Assembly (NCBI GenBank): GCA_951406725.2
Contig: OX597829.1
Span: 48,484,001 to 48,548,000, forward strand
Reading direction: 5' to 3'
Length of the DNA: 64,000 nt
Source of the DNA: Octopus vulgaris
Taxonomy: Eukaryota
Below are positions 12,801-26,227 of the stretch, one piece after another. Below the pieces are notes generated by a model. It saw nothing but the letters and a program-made list of their open reading frames with translations, was not told where the DNA came from and ran no database searches. The position numbers and the translations under genes were made by a program. Position 1 is the stretch's first letter. Each line of letters begins with the position of its first letter.

Positions 12801-15800
12801 AATGTTGGTCAAAACTATATTTGAGTAAGGATGTAAAATAAATGATGAACAAGGAAATTATAAAAAAAGATGTATGTATGTATGTGTATATATGTACGTA
12901 TATACATACACTTGTTTTTACAGTTTTCTTGTTTGTTTTTGCAGTAGGCAGTAAGGAGCTGTGAAAATTAAACATGAAACCAGTCAAACTTTGTTGAAAA
13001 CTTTATTGCAAGTGTCCCCTTTCACACCCACACTTAGAGACATATACATACATACACATATATATACGCATACAAACATTTATATATATACACATACATA
13101 TACATATATGTACAAACATGACAAACAGATAGATATATATACACATACACATGCATACATATATATATACACATATACATATATACACATACAAACATAC
13201 ATATATGCATATACACATACACATGCAAACATATATAATAATAATATAAGGAGCACACAGTTGATTACAGCGATGAGGATCCCAGCTGATATGATCAACG
13301 GAACAGCTTGCTCATGAAATTAACACGCAAGTGGGTGAGCACTCCACAGACACGTGTACCCTTAACATAGTTCTCAGGGAGATTCAGTGTGACACAGAAA
13401 ATGACAAGGCTGGCCCTTTGAAATACATGTACAACTCATTTTTGCTAGCTGAGTGGACTGGAGCAACGGGAAATAGAGTGTCTTGTCCAAGGACACATCA
13501 CTTTGCTGGGAATTGAACTTGCGACCTTAGGATCACTAAGCCACATATACATATATACACATACACATGTAAGTATATACTTATACACACATTCACAAGC
13601 AGACACGTACATTTGAACACCCATGCATACACTTTATACCAGTAATATTACTGGTACTTAGTTTTGTGAGTAGGTACTTAACCCTTTAGCATTCAGATTA
13701 TCCTGTTTATGGTAATGCTTATTTATTCACATTAGTAATCATGTATTGTCTTATAGCTTTGAGATTTCAATGATGTGATCGTTGATGCTTTAGAAGGTTA
13801 TGCCCTGGCACTTGCCACCATCTATGTCTCTCTTTCCCTTTTACTCAACCATCCCATTTATACGCCCTTTTGAGTATACCCGGCATTTTGTCACCATCTC
13901 TATCCTGCTGTCTCCTCCTGCACTTCCCTCAGGTTGGGTAACCATGTATTTCCTTTACAGTAGCACACCACCTGTTTCTGTCTTCATTCCTGCTCTCTCA
14001 CTCTCTCTGGTCAGGTAACCTTGTACATCCTCTACAGTAAAACACCTGTTTCTGTCTCTCTGTCTCACCTTTCATCATCTGACACCAAGATCACCTCCTC
14101 CAATGCCCCTTCCCCTCTCAAAAAGTTTTTTTTTTCTTTCTTGCAAGGTACTTGCTGATCCTGTCAGTGCAGGTGCCACTTAAAGAGCACCCAGTCCACA
14201 ATGTAAAGCGGTTGGTGTTAGGAAGGACATCCAGCTGTAAAAACCTTCCCAAAACTGACCTCACCTGTGCTTGTGTCACATAAAAAGCACTACTCACCTT
14301 GCCTGTGTTTGTGCCATGTAAAAAGCACCAAGTCTACTCTGCTGAGTGGTTGGTATTAGGAAGGGCATCCAGCTGTAAAAATCCTGCCAAAACAGTCACA
14401 GAAGTCTGGCGCTGGCTTCTGCCTGGCCAGCTCTTGTCAAACCATTCCACCCATGCCAGCATGGAAGGCAGACATTAAATGATGATGATGATGATTATAG
14501 GGTAGGTGTGAGCAAACCATATCTGGCTGGTGTGAACATAAATGGATGGAACATTTTGGCCTGGAATGGTTGGTTTGAATACTATAGAGTTTTAGTAGCA
14601 ATCTGGTAAAGCGAAGGCTTTCAGAAAAAGGAACCAACAAGCTGAAACAGAGTTTATAAAAAACAAATTGTAAGTAGAACAGTAAAAATATGCAAGACTT
14701 TTTAAAGTTCAAAATATAACATAATTTTTGTTTATCTATATCACAATGATAGAGATTTGTATCATTGTTAGAAAATATCTGATTCCTTCAAAGAAGACTT
14801 CATCATCATCATCGTCATTGTTTAACGTCCGCTTTCCATGCTGGCATGGGTTGGACACATACATATATTTAATAATTTAAGAAAATATTATTCCCAGAAT
14901 TTGGCATCTGGTGCTTGGCACATGTCTCTTAGACTGAAACATGGCTTAGGAGTGGCTGTGTGGTAAGTAGCTTGCTTACGAACCACATGGTTCCGGGTTC
15001 AGTCCCACTGCATGGCACCTTGGGCATGTGTCTTCTACTATAGCCTTGGGCTGACCAAAGCCTTGTGAGAGGATTTGGTAGATGGAAACTGAAAGAAGCC
15101 TGTCGTATATATGTATATATATATTAGAAGGTTTGGAGATGATGTACAGGTATTATATATTAGAAGAAATGAGGTACTCAGAAATCTGGATGGTTTTATA
15201 TTTACAGATATTTATTAGTATGTTATATGTTTTTATAAATCATATATCATGTATTAGCGCTTTCATCCACTGTGGTGGAGTTTTGAAATTGAACTTTTGG
15301 AGGAATTTTGTCTCTTTTTATAGTATTATTGAGTGTGTAGGGGTGGGGAGAGATATAAGATAGTACAAGAGGGTGAGGAATGGGGAGAAAGTGAGAGAGA
15401 ACACATGAATGTGTGTGTATATATATGTATGTGTGTGTATATACGTTTGTGTGTCTGTTTGTTCCCCACCATCACTTGACAATCGATGTTGATGTGTTTA
15501 CGTCCCCGTAACTTAGTGGTTCGGCAAAAGAGACCAATAGAATAAGTACTAGGCTTACAAAGAATAAGTCCTGGGGTCGATTTGCTCGACTAAAGGCGGT
15601 GCACCAGCATGGCCACAGTCAAATGACTGAAACAAGTAATAGAGTAAAAATGAGTATGTGTTTATAAATTTGCTTCCCAATGATATAATTCCAGGTTCAG
15701 TCCCACTGTGTGGTATCTTGAGCAAATGTGTGTATTTGTCACCCCCACACCACATGACAATCAATAAAAGATAATTCTGTTATTCCATTATTCTACCATT

Positions 15801-15889
15801 CTATTAATCCGTTATTCCATTATTCTACCATTCTATTAATCCGTTATTCTATTATTAATCTATTATTCTTTTATTCTTTCATTGTCCAG

Positions 15890-16141
15890 AGTGCAAAAGA
15901 GAAAATCAAACAAGTTGAAACCGAAAGAAGCAAAATGGAACAAAAACTAAAATTCACCGTCAACCCGATTGGCTTAGCTCGCTTGGTCCAGCCGAAATGC
16001 CCAACATTCATCACCCACCGAGGTTATGGGGCATTCCCACTTTATGATTTACAGAAAAACCATAAAAATAAGTGCCTTAATAACAGTACTGAAAATCAGG
16101 AAGACTTGACTGACGACGATGGTGGCCGCAGCAGTAACTAG
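15890..16141 (+). CDS. probable terminal coding exon of an unidentified gene
   Basis: Pyrimidine-rich acceptor ttctttcattgtccAG; 83-codon open frame SAKEKIKQVETERSKMEQKLKF...THRGYGAFPLYDL...GGRSSN* in non-repetitive sequence with protein-like composition. Confidence 0.6.
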   Translation, partial: SAKEKIKQVETERSKMEQKLKFTVNPIGLARLVQPKCPTFITHRGYGAFPLYDLQKNHKNKCLNNSTENQEDLTDDDGGRSSN

Positions 16142-16262
16142 GAAGTCTATTTTTTTTGTTGTTTTTTTTTTAAATTTTAGGAGAGACTAACAGAGAGAGA
16201 ACAATGATTGTCTGGTCTGATGGTTGATATGTCTTGCAATATATTGTCCCCCCTTTGTTTTC

Positions 16263-16296
<34 letters not shown>

Positions 16297-19200
16297 TAAT
16301 ATCTCTCCCAGTATATACATACATTACAGGCATACACAAATGTATACATACATTCACATTGCATACACGTGACACACATACGAACCAACATGGGAGTTTG
16401 CAATCTTAAACTAAAGAGAATTAAAAGGCAGTTGATTCTCAAGTGTGTGTGTGAGTGTGTATATCATAAATAATTAACGTTAGTTCTGATATATTATTTT
16501 TTTTTTTTTAAATGCATGAAAGAAGTAAAACAAAAATGATCAAACAGATTTGAAGAACAAACGAAAGAGCTCTTCTAACTGGTATCTCAACACGCTAGAA
16601 ACAGCAGGTCTCTCACAAACCAGACCCTGTATGTCTTAAATGAAGAAAAAAATGCTCAGCATGTTGGATAATAGTTTTCTACACACTTTCAATAAAGAAA
16701 ACATAAAACATAAACCGAATGGTCAGCGCATAGCTGGGTCACTTGCAATCATCAATGGGTCTGTTCGATCAGGAGTGGTTTGAGGCTACATGGTTGTTTG
16801 GCCAGGAAGCTAATTCTTTCTTTAAATAAAAAAAAAAAGACATTACATAATGTACTCACACACACATACACACAGACTTAAAAATCAGGATGGTTTACAG
16901 ATGAAATGATCTTTGATCACTGGTTTGCTTAACTGCAATGACTTGGGGCTAAACAACAATAGTAGCTAAATCTCACTCAAATCACCAAATCACACATGCC
17001 ATCGTCGTTTTTTTTTTCTCTTTTTTTTTTGGTTAAAGGACACATTGGGATGGGAAGGGGGGGTGTTTTGAGGGCCCCGGAGCTAGAACAATGCATAGCG
17101 AGCAGGTTCATAGTTTCAATGCTGTTGATCATAGGCCTGTTCAAAGAGGAATGACCTGGGACTTCATCAGCAACAACATCAATAATACACTCGTATACAC
17201 ATGCATACTCACATTGAAAAAACATGCTTCTGATGAGGATGATGATGGTGATGATGATAACAATGATAATGATAATAAAACTGGTTCTTGTTTTACTGGC
17301 TCTGAAAGTATGAAAGGCAAAGTTGACTTGATAGAATTTGAACTCAGGACATAAAGGGGCAGAAGAAATGGTACAAAGTATTTTTGGACAGCTTTAATAA
17401 TAATAATAATAATAATAAGAGCACTCAGAAAGTGCAAACCTCCGCCAAGGCAACACTAACTTCCTCTCAATGATTAGCCAGAGATAAGTTTTAAAATGAA
17501 AATACTTGAAATAAACTCGACTGCTCTCACAAATGAGAATACTAAAAATGAACCTGTCTGCTTTCAAAAATTAAGTAAAAATACAGGAAAAATAATCCAG
17601 AATCCTTGTCCGGTACTGGATCGATCTCAAAATTTAATCAGTTTATGCCAGTCATGAGGCCAAACATCTCTGAAAGTTTCACCCAAATCTATCCCGCAGT
17701 TCTTGAGATATCTTGTCCATGGTCAAACAAACAAATGTGACTGAAAACAATACCTCTGCCTTTGCTAAGGTGGAGGTAATAATAATAATAATAATAATAA
17801 CCTTTTATATTATAAGCACAGGGTCTGGAATTTTGGGGAGGAGTTCTCGTTGATTACATCGATTCCAGGGTTCAAACTGGTACTTGTTTTATTGACCCTG
17901 AAAGGATGAGAGGCAAAGTTATCCATGGTGGGATTAGAAACCAGAATGCAAAAATGGATGAAAATGTTGCTAGCCTTCACTTGTTTCCATGTAAAGTAGT
18001 ATTTTGGCTTGACTAGACATGTTTTCACTGAAGATTGGAAATGAAGGACAGGAAAATCCGTTACATATATAATGCTTTCTTCAGTCAGTTTCTACATACT
18101 AGAGGCCAATGCTAACGGCTCTTTTTAATTTTGCCACCAGGCCTGAAACTTTGAGTGAGGGGCTAGTCAATTACATTGACCCAACGTTTGACCATATTTA
18201 TTTTATCAGCTTGGAAGGGATCATTATAATGATGTTATCTTTATAATGAAAGGGTCAAAAGCAGTACATTCCCATGTTGGCACAAACTCAGAAACTGATG
18301 ATAGACCAGTGAGTAGTTGGTTTATATTTCACCCTAATATTTTATAAGCAATTTAATTTATTGATCTCGAAAAAAAAAAATTACTTCAGAGTATGGTTTG
18401 CTTCTTCCATATTCACAGCTGGTTCAGCCTGTCTTTTAACCCCATCTGACCAAAGCAACTGGAATGTCTTCTTAGCTGGTAGAAGCAGATTCACATCTAC
18501 GAATTATGACCGACTAGACTGCTATCGTCAGTAGAAGGAGTACCACAAAGAACATTGTATATCAGTGTTTGAGTTCTGCTGTACCATGGGGAATCTCACA
18601 ACAGAGATTCCTCCCCATGCATTCCAAGAAACCAACATTTATACCGTCCCTCAAGTCCTGCCGTCTGCTGTCAACAATGTTCAACAAACTCCCTATTTGT
18701 GAAAACCCATAATGCATCTCTGAATGTCACACCAACTTTTGATCATTCCATTCTCATTCTCAGGCTGTTGGGTGTCTTCCATTGAAACCATGGTACTTCT
18801 GAGCCAAGAGGGAGGTCTTCATCAATGAGCAGTTACCTTGTCAATTGGAGGAAGGTCATTCACAAGCTTTTCTATCCAGAGCTGGAGTCTGATTTCTTCC
18901 TAAGATGTTGTTAGGGACTGTACATGGCCAAGGAAATTTCTTCTTTAGTTCAGTCATTAAGCCAAGATTTGACATATATGGGGGAAGATGTATGTGCCTA
19001 TGCACACACACACACACACACATGTATACTCAGTCCTCACTTGATCAAGGCTGAAAAATTGGTAGAGTCAGCAGAATATAAGATAAAATATCTTGCAGTA
19101 TTTTTGTTCCAGCTCTGGACTCTGGTTTCAAACACCTTCTGAGATCAATTTTGCCCTTCATCCTTTTGAGATCAATAAAATCAGATTCAATCCCTGGTAG

Positions 19201-20472
19201 AATATTGGTAAAATTCCATCTCTTTACTTTCTGAGTTCTTGGGTGTTAAGACTTAATCCTTTAGTTTTCAGATTATTCTGTCAAATCTAATACTTATTTA
19301 TTTATTCACATTCTTTTGAATTAATCATACATTGTCTCATAGCAACGGCATGATTAAACATTTTAAGAATGACATTGTAGAGAAGTTATGAGTTGGGCCA
19401 GATCTGAGCAGTTTGAACTTAAAACAGATACAATTTTTGAGCTGGATCAGATGATAAAGGGTTAATCCTTCACTCAATTAAATACCTCCATCAAGTAGTT
19501 TGAGTGCCTCACGCCGAGTTTGCTATGTTACGAGCATTGAAGCCATATTTCCACTTTGGGACTATCTTCCATTCTGTCTACCTTCCTGCCTGCCTCAGAC
19601 TTCCTTATACAATAAAGAACCAGGGACATTGTCCTTCCTTCCATGACAAAACAGTAAAAAGAAACACACTTATTACAAAAGACAATCCAGCCATGACCAC
19701 AATCTTATATAAATTATGTCTAAAACAAAAAAAAAAAATGTGCGATGGTCTATCATGTATATTGTTGCAAGGGGAAAATGTTTATGATGACAATACTTTC
19801 TCTCTGTCTGTCTGTCTCTTTTTTACACAGGTGTTGGAAGAATTATAAAATGACTTCAGATTAACTGATTATTTCAAAATGATTTCTATTCTAGATACTG
19901 AAATCTTGTTAATGATAAGATCTCTATATACAGGTGGTATATTGCATACATATAAATATATTTACATATATATATATTGCCATTATCACCATCATCACCA
20001 TTTTGATGCCCACTTTTCCATGTTTACATGGAATCGGTTGAGGCTGATTTTCTATGGTCAGATGCCCTTCCCAAGTGATAGCCCTCACCTGTTTCCATGT
20101 AAAGTAATATTTTAGCTTGACTACACATGTTTTCACTGAAGATTGGAAATGAAGAACAGGAGAATCCATTACATATATAATGCTTTCTTCAGTCAGTTTC
20201 TACATACTAGAGGCCAATGGCATCTTTTCTTTAGTTTTAGCTCTGCTGCCTTTGTCTTTTAATCCAACAATCATTGACAAATATTGTCCAGGTAGCTAGC
20301 ATTTTAGTTTAAGACTTCTTAAATTGATCCAGTAGCTTGCTTACCAACCACATGGTTCCGGGTTCAGTCCCACTGCATGGCATCTTGGGCAAATGTCTTT
20401 TGCTATAGCCCCGGGCCGACCAAAGCCCTGTGAGTGGATTTGGTAGACGGAAACTGAAAGAAGCCTGTCGTA

Positions 20473-20515
<43 letters not shown>

Positions 20516-22459
20516 GTATGTGTGTGTATATCTTTGTGTGTCTGTGTTTGTCCCCCTAGCATTGCTTGACAACCGATGCTGGTGTATTTACGTCCCCGTC
20601 ACTTAGCGGTTCGGCAAAAGAGACCGATAGAATAAGTACTGGGCTTACAAAGAATGAGTCCCGGGGTTGATTTGCTCGACTAAAGGCGGTGCTCCAACAT
20701 GGCCGCAGACAAATGACTGAAACAAGTAAAAGAGAGTTCAGTTCATAGTTCTTCAGATATGTGTGTGTGTGCTCGCTTGTTTGTTTACATTTCTTAGATT
20801 GCTGAAATCACTGTTGCTGAATACTTCACCTCTACAACTTCCTGTTTTGAGGATGTGTAAAATATGCTGTCTTTTATCTGGGGGGGGGGGGGGGAATGAA
20901 GGGTCAATGGTAAGGAGAGCCAAACATGAAGAATGGACAAACTTGAAAGAAAAAAAAAAAACCTGACAATATATTTATGTATATGTGTGTGTATTTTAAA
21001 ATGTTACTTGAACAATTATTACTTCAGAAAGAAAAGTGTTTTAATATTTAATTCCATGTATATGTGTGTGGTGTGCGTATATGAAATTGGTAAATATAAT
21101 GTACAATAAAAATTTACTGTTTCGTTTTGGTTAGAATACCAGTTAATACTGACCAAAGTCTCACACGAGAGTTTGCCTGCATTCAACATCTCAATCTCTC
21201 CCTACCACTTCATTTATTTTTAGTTTCCCTCTACAAGTCTTAAGTGAAGTGTGAAGCAAATTGCATTTTATTATAAACCGTAACTTAGCAGTTCGGCAAA
21301 AGAGACCAATAGAATAAGTACTGGGCTTACGAAAGAATAAGTCTCGGTGCCGATTTGCTCGATTAAAGGCGGTGCTCGAGCATGGCCGCAGTCAAATGAC
21401 TGAAACAAGTAAAAGAGTATGGGATGTATCAGGAAGGGCATCTGACAATAGGATCCACCCTGTCCAACTTATGCAAGCATGGAATGGTGGATGTTAAAAT
21501 GATGATGATGATGATGATGATACATATAAAATATTGTATTGTTGGTAAGATCAGCAAAAAAAAAAGTACTCCGTCTGGGTAGAGATAAATATGTCTGCTA
21601 TTATTAGCTTCATGTGCTGAATACATGCCAATGAACTAAAAATAGGATGATAGGATGAGAGAAAAAACAAGAAAAGGCACCTTTTCTTGCTTTTTCTTTC
21701 ATCTTATTACCCCATTTTTAGTTCATTATGCCATGTGGGCAGTGTCTTATGATTGTGCTAGGGTACCAGGCATGTTAAAAACATCGTTTAACATGCTCTC
21801 GTCACATGAAACTAATAGCAGCACAAAAATACATATATTGTTTATTAAATAATAATTATATATATATATATGTATATGTATATATATGTATCCATACATT
21901 CATACATACACACACATACGGGCGCGCATATTTACTGGAGACTTGTCACAATGATCATTTTAGCAAGGTATTGTCAAGTGCCTTGATAAGACCTTGTTGG
22001 TTGAAATGATTATTGTACCAAGTCTTAAAAATAAAAAAGACAAAAAGCTATACATTTGTATTATACATTAAGTGCTAAATCTGAAAATATTCCACTTTGA
22101 TGGAATGAAATTCAATAAAGATAATACAACACACACATACACACATATATATATAGATGTCATCAATTGCTAAATACCACCAAATTCCAACCTCCTTTAT
22201 TTGGTGTTGTTGGCCCTTTGACCTTCCAACACTTGTTGATTACTATGACCAACTCATCTCGAATTTTTATATTATTTACATGTATTTATATGAACTTATT
22301 TCAAATACTCTTTACTGTACGAAAAGCCAGCCTATGGCAAAACTTTGGAGTCACTGTGTACTTCCTTATAATAAATATTTTATTCAATGTCTTGTGTTGT
22401 CTCCTTTAATGTTTGTTGTTTTTATATATTTAAAAAGAATTATATGAAGATACATACAT

Positions 22460-22493
<34 letters not shown>

Positions 22494-22549
22494 CAAAAGG
22501 ATGTGTTATAATACTATTCCACATATACAAAACCAACAATCCAACATAC

Positions 22550-22619
22550 CTCCATCTTCAGCTGCTCCTCAGATATCATTATGGTTTTGACACCATTCAA
22601 TCCGGCAGTGTGAGCAGCA
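22550..22619 (-). CDS. candidate exon (AAHTAGLNGVKTIMISEEQLKME)
   Basis: Minus-strand acceptor cttattttAG and donor GAG|GTATGT; open frame, phase 2 in and phase 0 out. Confidence 0.35.
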
Positions 22620-24059
22620 CTAAAATAAGTGTTGTTTGGGAACAAACAAACCAAAGAAACCACAACTTTCAAACACATTTACCCTATGTACAACCGTATC
22701 AGTAAATTACAACCACTCCTAAATACGTTACTAAACGGCGACAACTCTATTAAGTCATACAAAAATTATAATTCCTACCGTCTTCTGTAGTATAATAAAA
22801 AGAAAAAGCTTAATAACCACATTGTTTCAATCAATATATTGGCAGGATTAAACACTAACTTTAATAAAACTACAACAAAGAGACATATAAGCCATATATA
22901 GAATATAAATATTATATATAAAAGTTAGGAGGTTGGAAGTCAGATGGTTAAATAAAAAAATATATATATATATTCACCTTGCAAACTTCCTGACTTTGTA
23001 TATAACCCTCACAGAATTCTTTTATCTCTTGGATTGTCTGGATTTTCAGTTACACAATACTTGACATTACTTTGTAAATTAATACAATGTGGACTGATAG
23101 CCAAGTCCATAAGGAGAGCTTACTGTGATAACTTCACAATTCTCTAAATGCATATCTTAAACTACTCATTCATATATGTATATATTTATGTATAGTGATC
23201 AGAAATTTCAAACTAATGGGTGTTTGGGGTACCACTACAAATATAACAATTCTATTTAGAATTTAGGTACATTATAGAACTCAACATGTATCAAGCAAGT
23301 TCATGATGAAACATGGAACAAATCACCTGCATCAGTTGTTAGCTGCAAAGACATTGCATCCTTTAAAACCTCCATGCTTCCTGAAATTCGTCAACACTAC
23401 ACTTGATATTCCTACCTTCATACGCATGCACACATGTGTATCATGACTCATGCACTGTTCACTTTCCTGACGTTTGCACATAATTCTATGTATTATACAT
23501 GCACCTTTGATGAGTTGAAGTGCACCTGAGCACTATACACAATTTTATTATTATTATTTTGTTTCCTTTAAACATCACTTCTTCAGGTAAATATACACCT
23601 TACAATACTATTTAAGTGATATACTCTTTACTCTCTTTTACTTGTTTCAGTCATTTGACTGTGGCCATGCTGGAGCACCGCCTTTAATCGAGCAACTCGA
23701 CCCCGGGACTTATTCTTTGTAAGCCCAGTACTTATTCTATCGGTCTCTTTGCCGAACCGCTAAGTGACGGGGACATAAACACACCAGCATTAGCTGTCAA
23801 GCGATGTTGGGGGGGGACAAACACAGACATACAAACTCACACACACACACATATATATATATACATATACATATAAACGACGGGCTTCTTTCAGTTTCCA
23901 TCTACCAAATCCACTCACAAGGCTTTGGTCGGCCCGAGGCTATAGTAGAAGACACTTGCCCAAGGTGTCACGCAGTGGGACTGAACCCGGAACCATGTGG
24001 TTGGTAAACAAGCTACTAACCACACAGCCACAATCAAAGTACAACTCATACTTTTTAGC

Positions 24060-24370
24060 AGTGAAATGCAAGAAATTTTAGACGAAATATCTTACAAACT
24101 ATAGAATTTTCTCAATAAAGCCAAGAGAAAATGATGTTTTATAAACACATTCTACCAGTATACGAAGTTTAAAACTAGTTACCTAGAAATTGTTACAAAG
24201 TGCCATTCAAAAGGAAAAGATCCCAAATATCTTACAAACTATAGAATTTTCTTAATAAACCCAAGAGGAAAAGATGTTTTATAAACACATTCTACCAGTA
24301 TACGAAGTTTAAAAATGTTTAGTTACCTGGAAATTATTTTTAAAAACTGCCGGTCAAACCGAAAAGATCC
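24060..24370. mobile_element. partial, tandemly duplicated end of the MITE family at 51445-51862
   Basis: Ends AAAACTGCCGGTCAAACCGAAAAGATCC and matches the reverse complement of about 51445-51590. Confidence 0.7.
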
Positions 24371-24379
24371 ATATATATC

Positions 24380-25808
24380 ATCATCATTTAGCGTCCGTTT
24401 TCCATGCTAGCATGGGTTGGACGGTTCAACTGGGGTCTGGGGAGCCCGAAGGCTGCACCAGGCCAGTCAGATCTGGCAGTGTTTCTACAGCTGGATGCCC
24501 TTCCTAACGCCAACCACTCCGAGAGTGTAGTGGGTGATTTTATGTGCCACCGACACAGGTGCCAGTCGAGGCTGGTGAACGGCCACGCTCGGATGGTGTT
24601 TTTATGTGCCACCGACACAGGTGCCAGATGAGGCTGGCGGACGGCCACGATCGGATGGTGTTTGTTACGTCCCCAAAGCACGGAGGCCAGTCTATGCGGT
24701 ACTGGCTACGGCCACGTTCGGATGATTTTCTTGTGTGCCACCGGCACTGGTACCACAAAGATACAAATTCCATTGATGTTCATCTATTTTGATTTGATTT
24801 TCACTTGCCTCAACAGGTCTTCACAAGTGTCACAAGAAGGAAGGTATGCACAGGTGGACTGACAACGTCCCAGGCAGGGGCCACGGGTTATGGCCTGACT
24901 AGTCTTGCCGGGTCTTCGGATAGTGTTTTTATGTGCCACCGACACAGGTGCCAGATGAGGCTGGCAAACGTCCACGATCGGATGGTGTTTGTTGCGTGCC
25001 CACAGCACGGAGGCCAGTCGATGCGGCACTGGCCACGGCCACGTTCGGATGGTTTTCCTGTGTGCCACCGGCCCTGGTACCACAAAGACACAAATTCCAT
25101 TGATGTTCATCTATTTTGACTTGATTTGATTTGATTTTCACTTGCCTCAACAGGTCTTCACAAGTGTCACAAGAAGGAAGGAAGGTATGCACAGGTGGAC
25201 TGACTACGTCCCAAGTAGGGGCCACGGGTTATGGCCTGACTAGTCTTGCCGGGTCTTCGGTTGGTGTTTTTATGTGCCACCGACACAGGTGCCAGATGAG
25301 GCTGGCGGACGGCCACGATCGGATGGTGTTTGTTATGTGCCCACATCACAGAGGCCAGTCGATGCGGTACTGGCTACGGCCACGTTCGGATGGTTTTCTT
25401 GTGTGCCACCGGTACTGGTACCACAAAGATACAAATTCCATTGATGTTCATCTATTTTGATTTGGTTTGATTTGATTTGATTTGATTTGATTTGATTTTC
25501 ACTTGCCTCAACAGGTCTATACAAGTGTCACACACTTGCCTCAACAGGTCTTCACAAGTGTCATAAGTAGGGAGGTATGCACAGGTGGACTGACTACGTC
25601 GCCGGGACTTCGGATGGTGTTTTTATGTGCCACCGACACAGGTGCCAGATGAGGCTGGCGAACGGCCACGATCGGATGGTTTTCTTGTGTGCCACCGGTA
25701 CTGGAACCACAAAGATACAAATTCCATTGATGTTCATCTATTTTGATTTGGTTTGATTTTCACTTGCCTCAACAGGTCTTCACAAGTGTCACACACTTGC
25801 CTCAACAG
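24380..25808 (-). repeat. SINE family D copy with its internal region amplified as about 4 tandem ~330-360 bp units
   Basis: Repeated blocks TTTTTATGTGCCACCGACACAGGTGCCAGATGAGGCTGGC...CACAAAGATACAAATTCCATTGATGTTCATCTATTTTGA, with (TTTGA)n expansion. Confidence 0.85.
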
Positions 25809-26227
25809 ATATATATTTTTTTTTTTTACTTGTTTCAGTCATTTGACTGTGGTCATGCTGGAGCACCGTCTTTAGTCGAGCAAATCGACGCTGGGACTTA
25901 TTCTTTGTAAGCCCAGTACTTATTCTATCGGTCTCTTTTGCCGAACCGCTAAGTGACGGGGACGTAAATACACCAGCATCGGTTGTCAAGCAATGCTAGG
26001 GGGACAAACACAGACACACAAACATATACACACATACTTATATATATATACGACAGGCTTCTTTCAGTTTCCGTCTACCAAATCCACTCACAAGGCATTG
26101 GTCGGCCCGGGGCTATAGCAGAAGACACTTGCCCAAGATGCCACGCAGTGGGACTGAACCCGGAACCATGTGGTTGGTTAGCAAGCTACTTACCACACAG
26201 CCACTCCTGCGCCTATATATATATATA

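Noticed and set aside
14599-14669. Exon ending at a GTAAGT donor (QSGKAKAFRKRNQQAETEFIKNK)
   Set aside because: The acceptor is weak and the open frame ends in phase 2, incompatible with the phase-0 exon at 15890.
24388-25524. Cluster of overlapping ORFs with CHRHRCQ motifs
   Set aside because: Products of tandem SINE-derived repeats, open on both strands and recurring in dispersed SINE copies.
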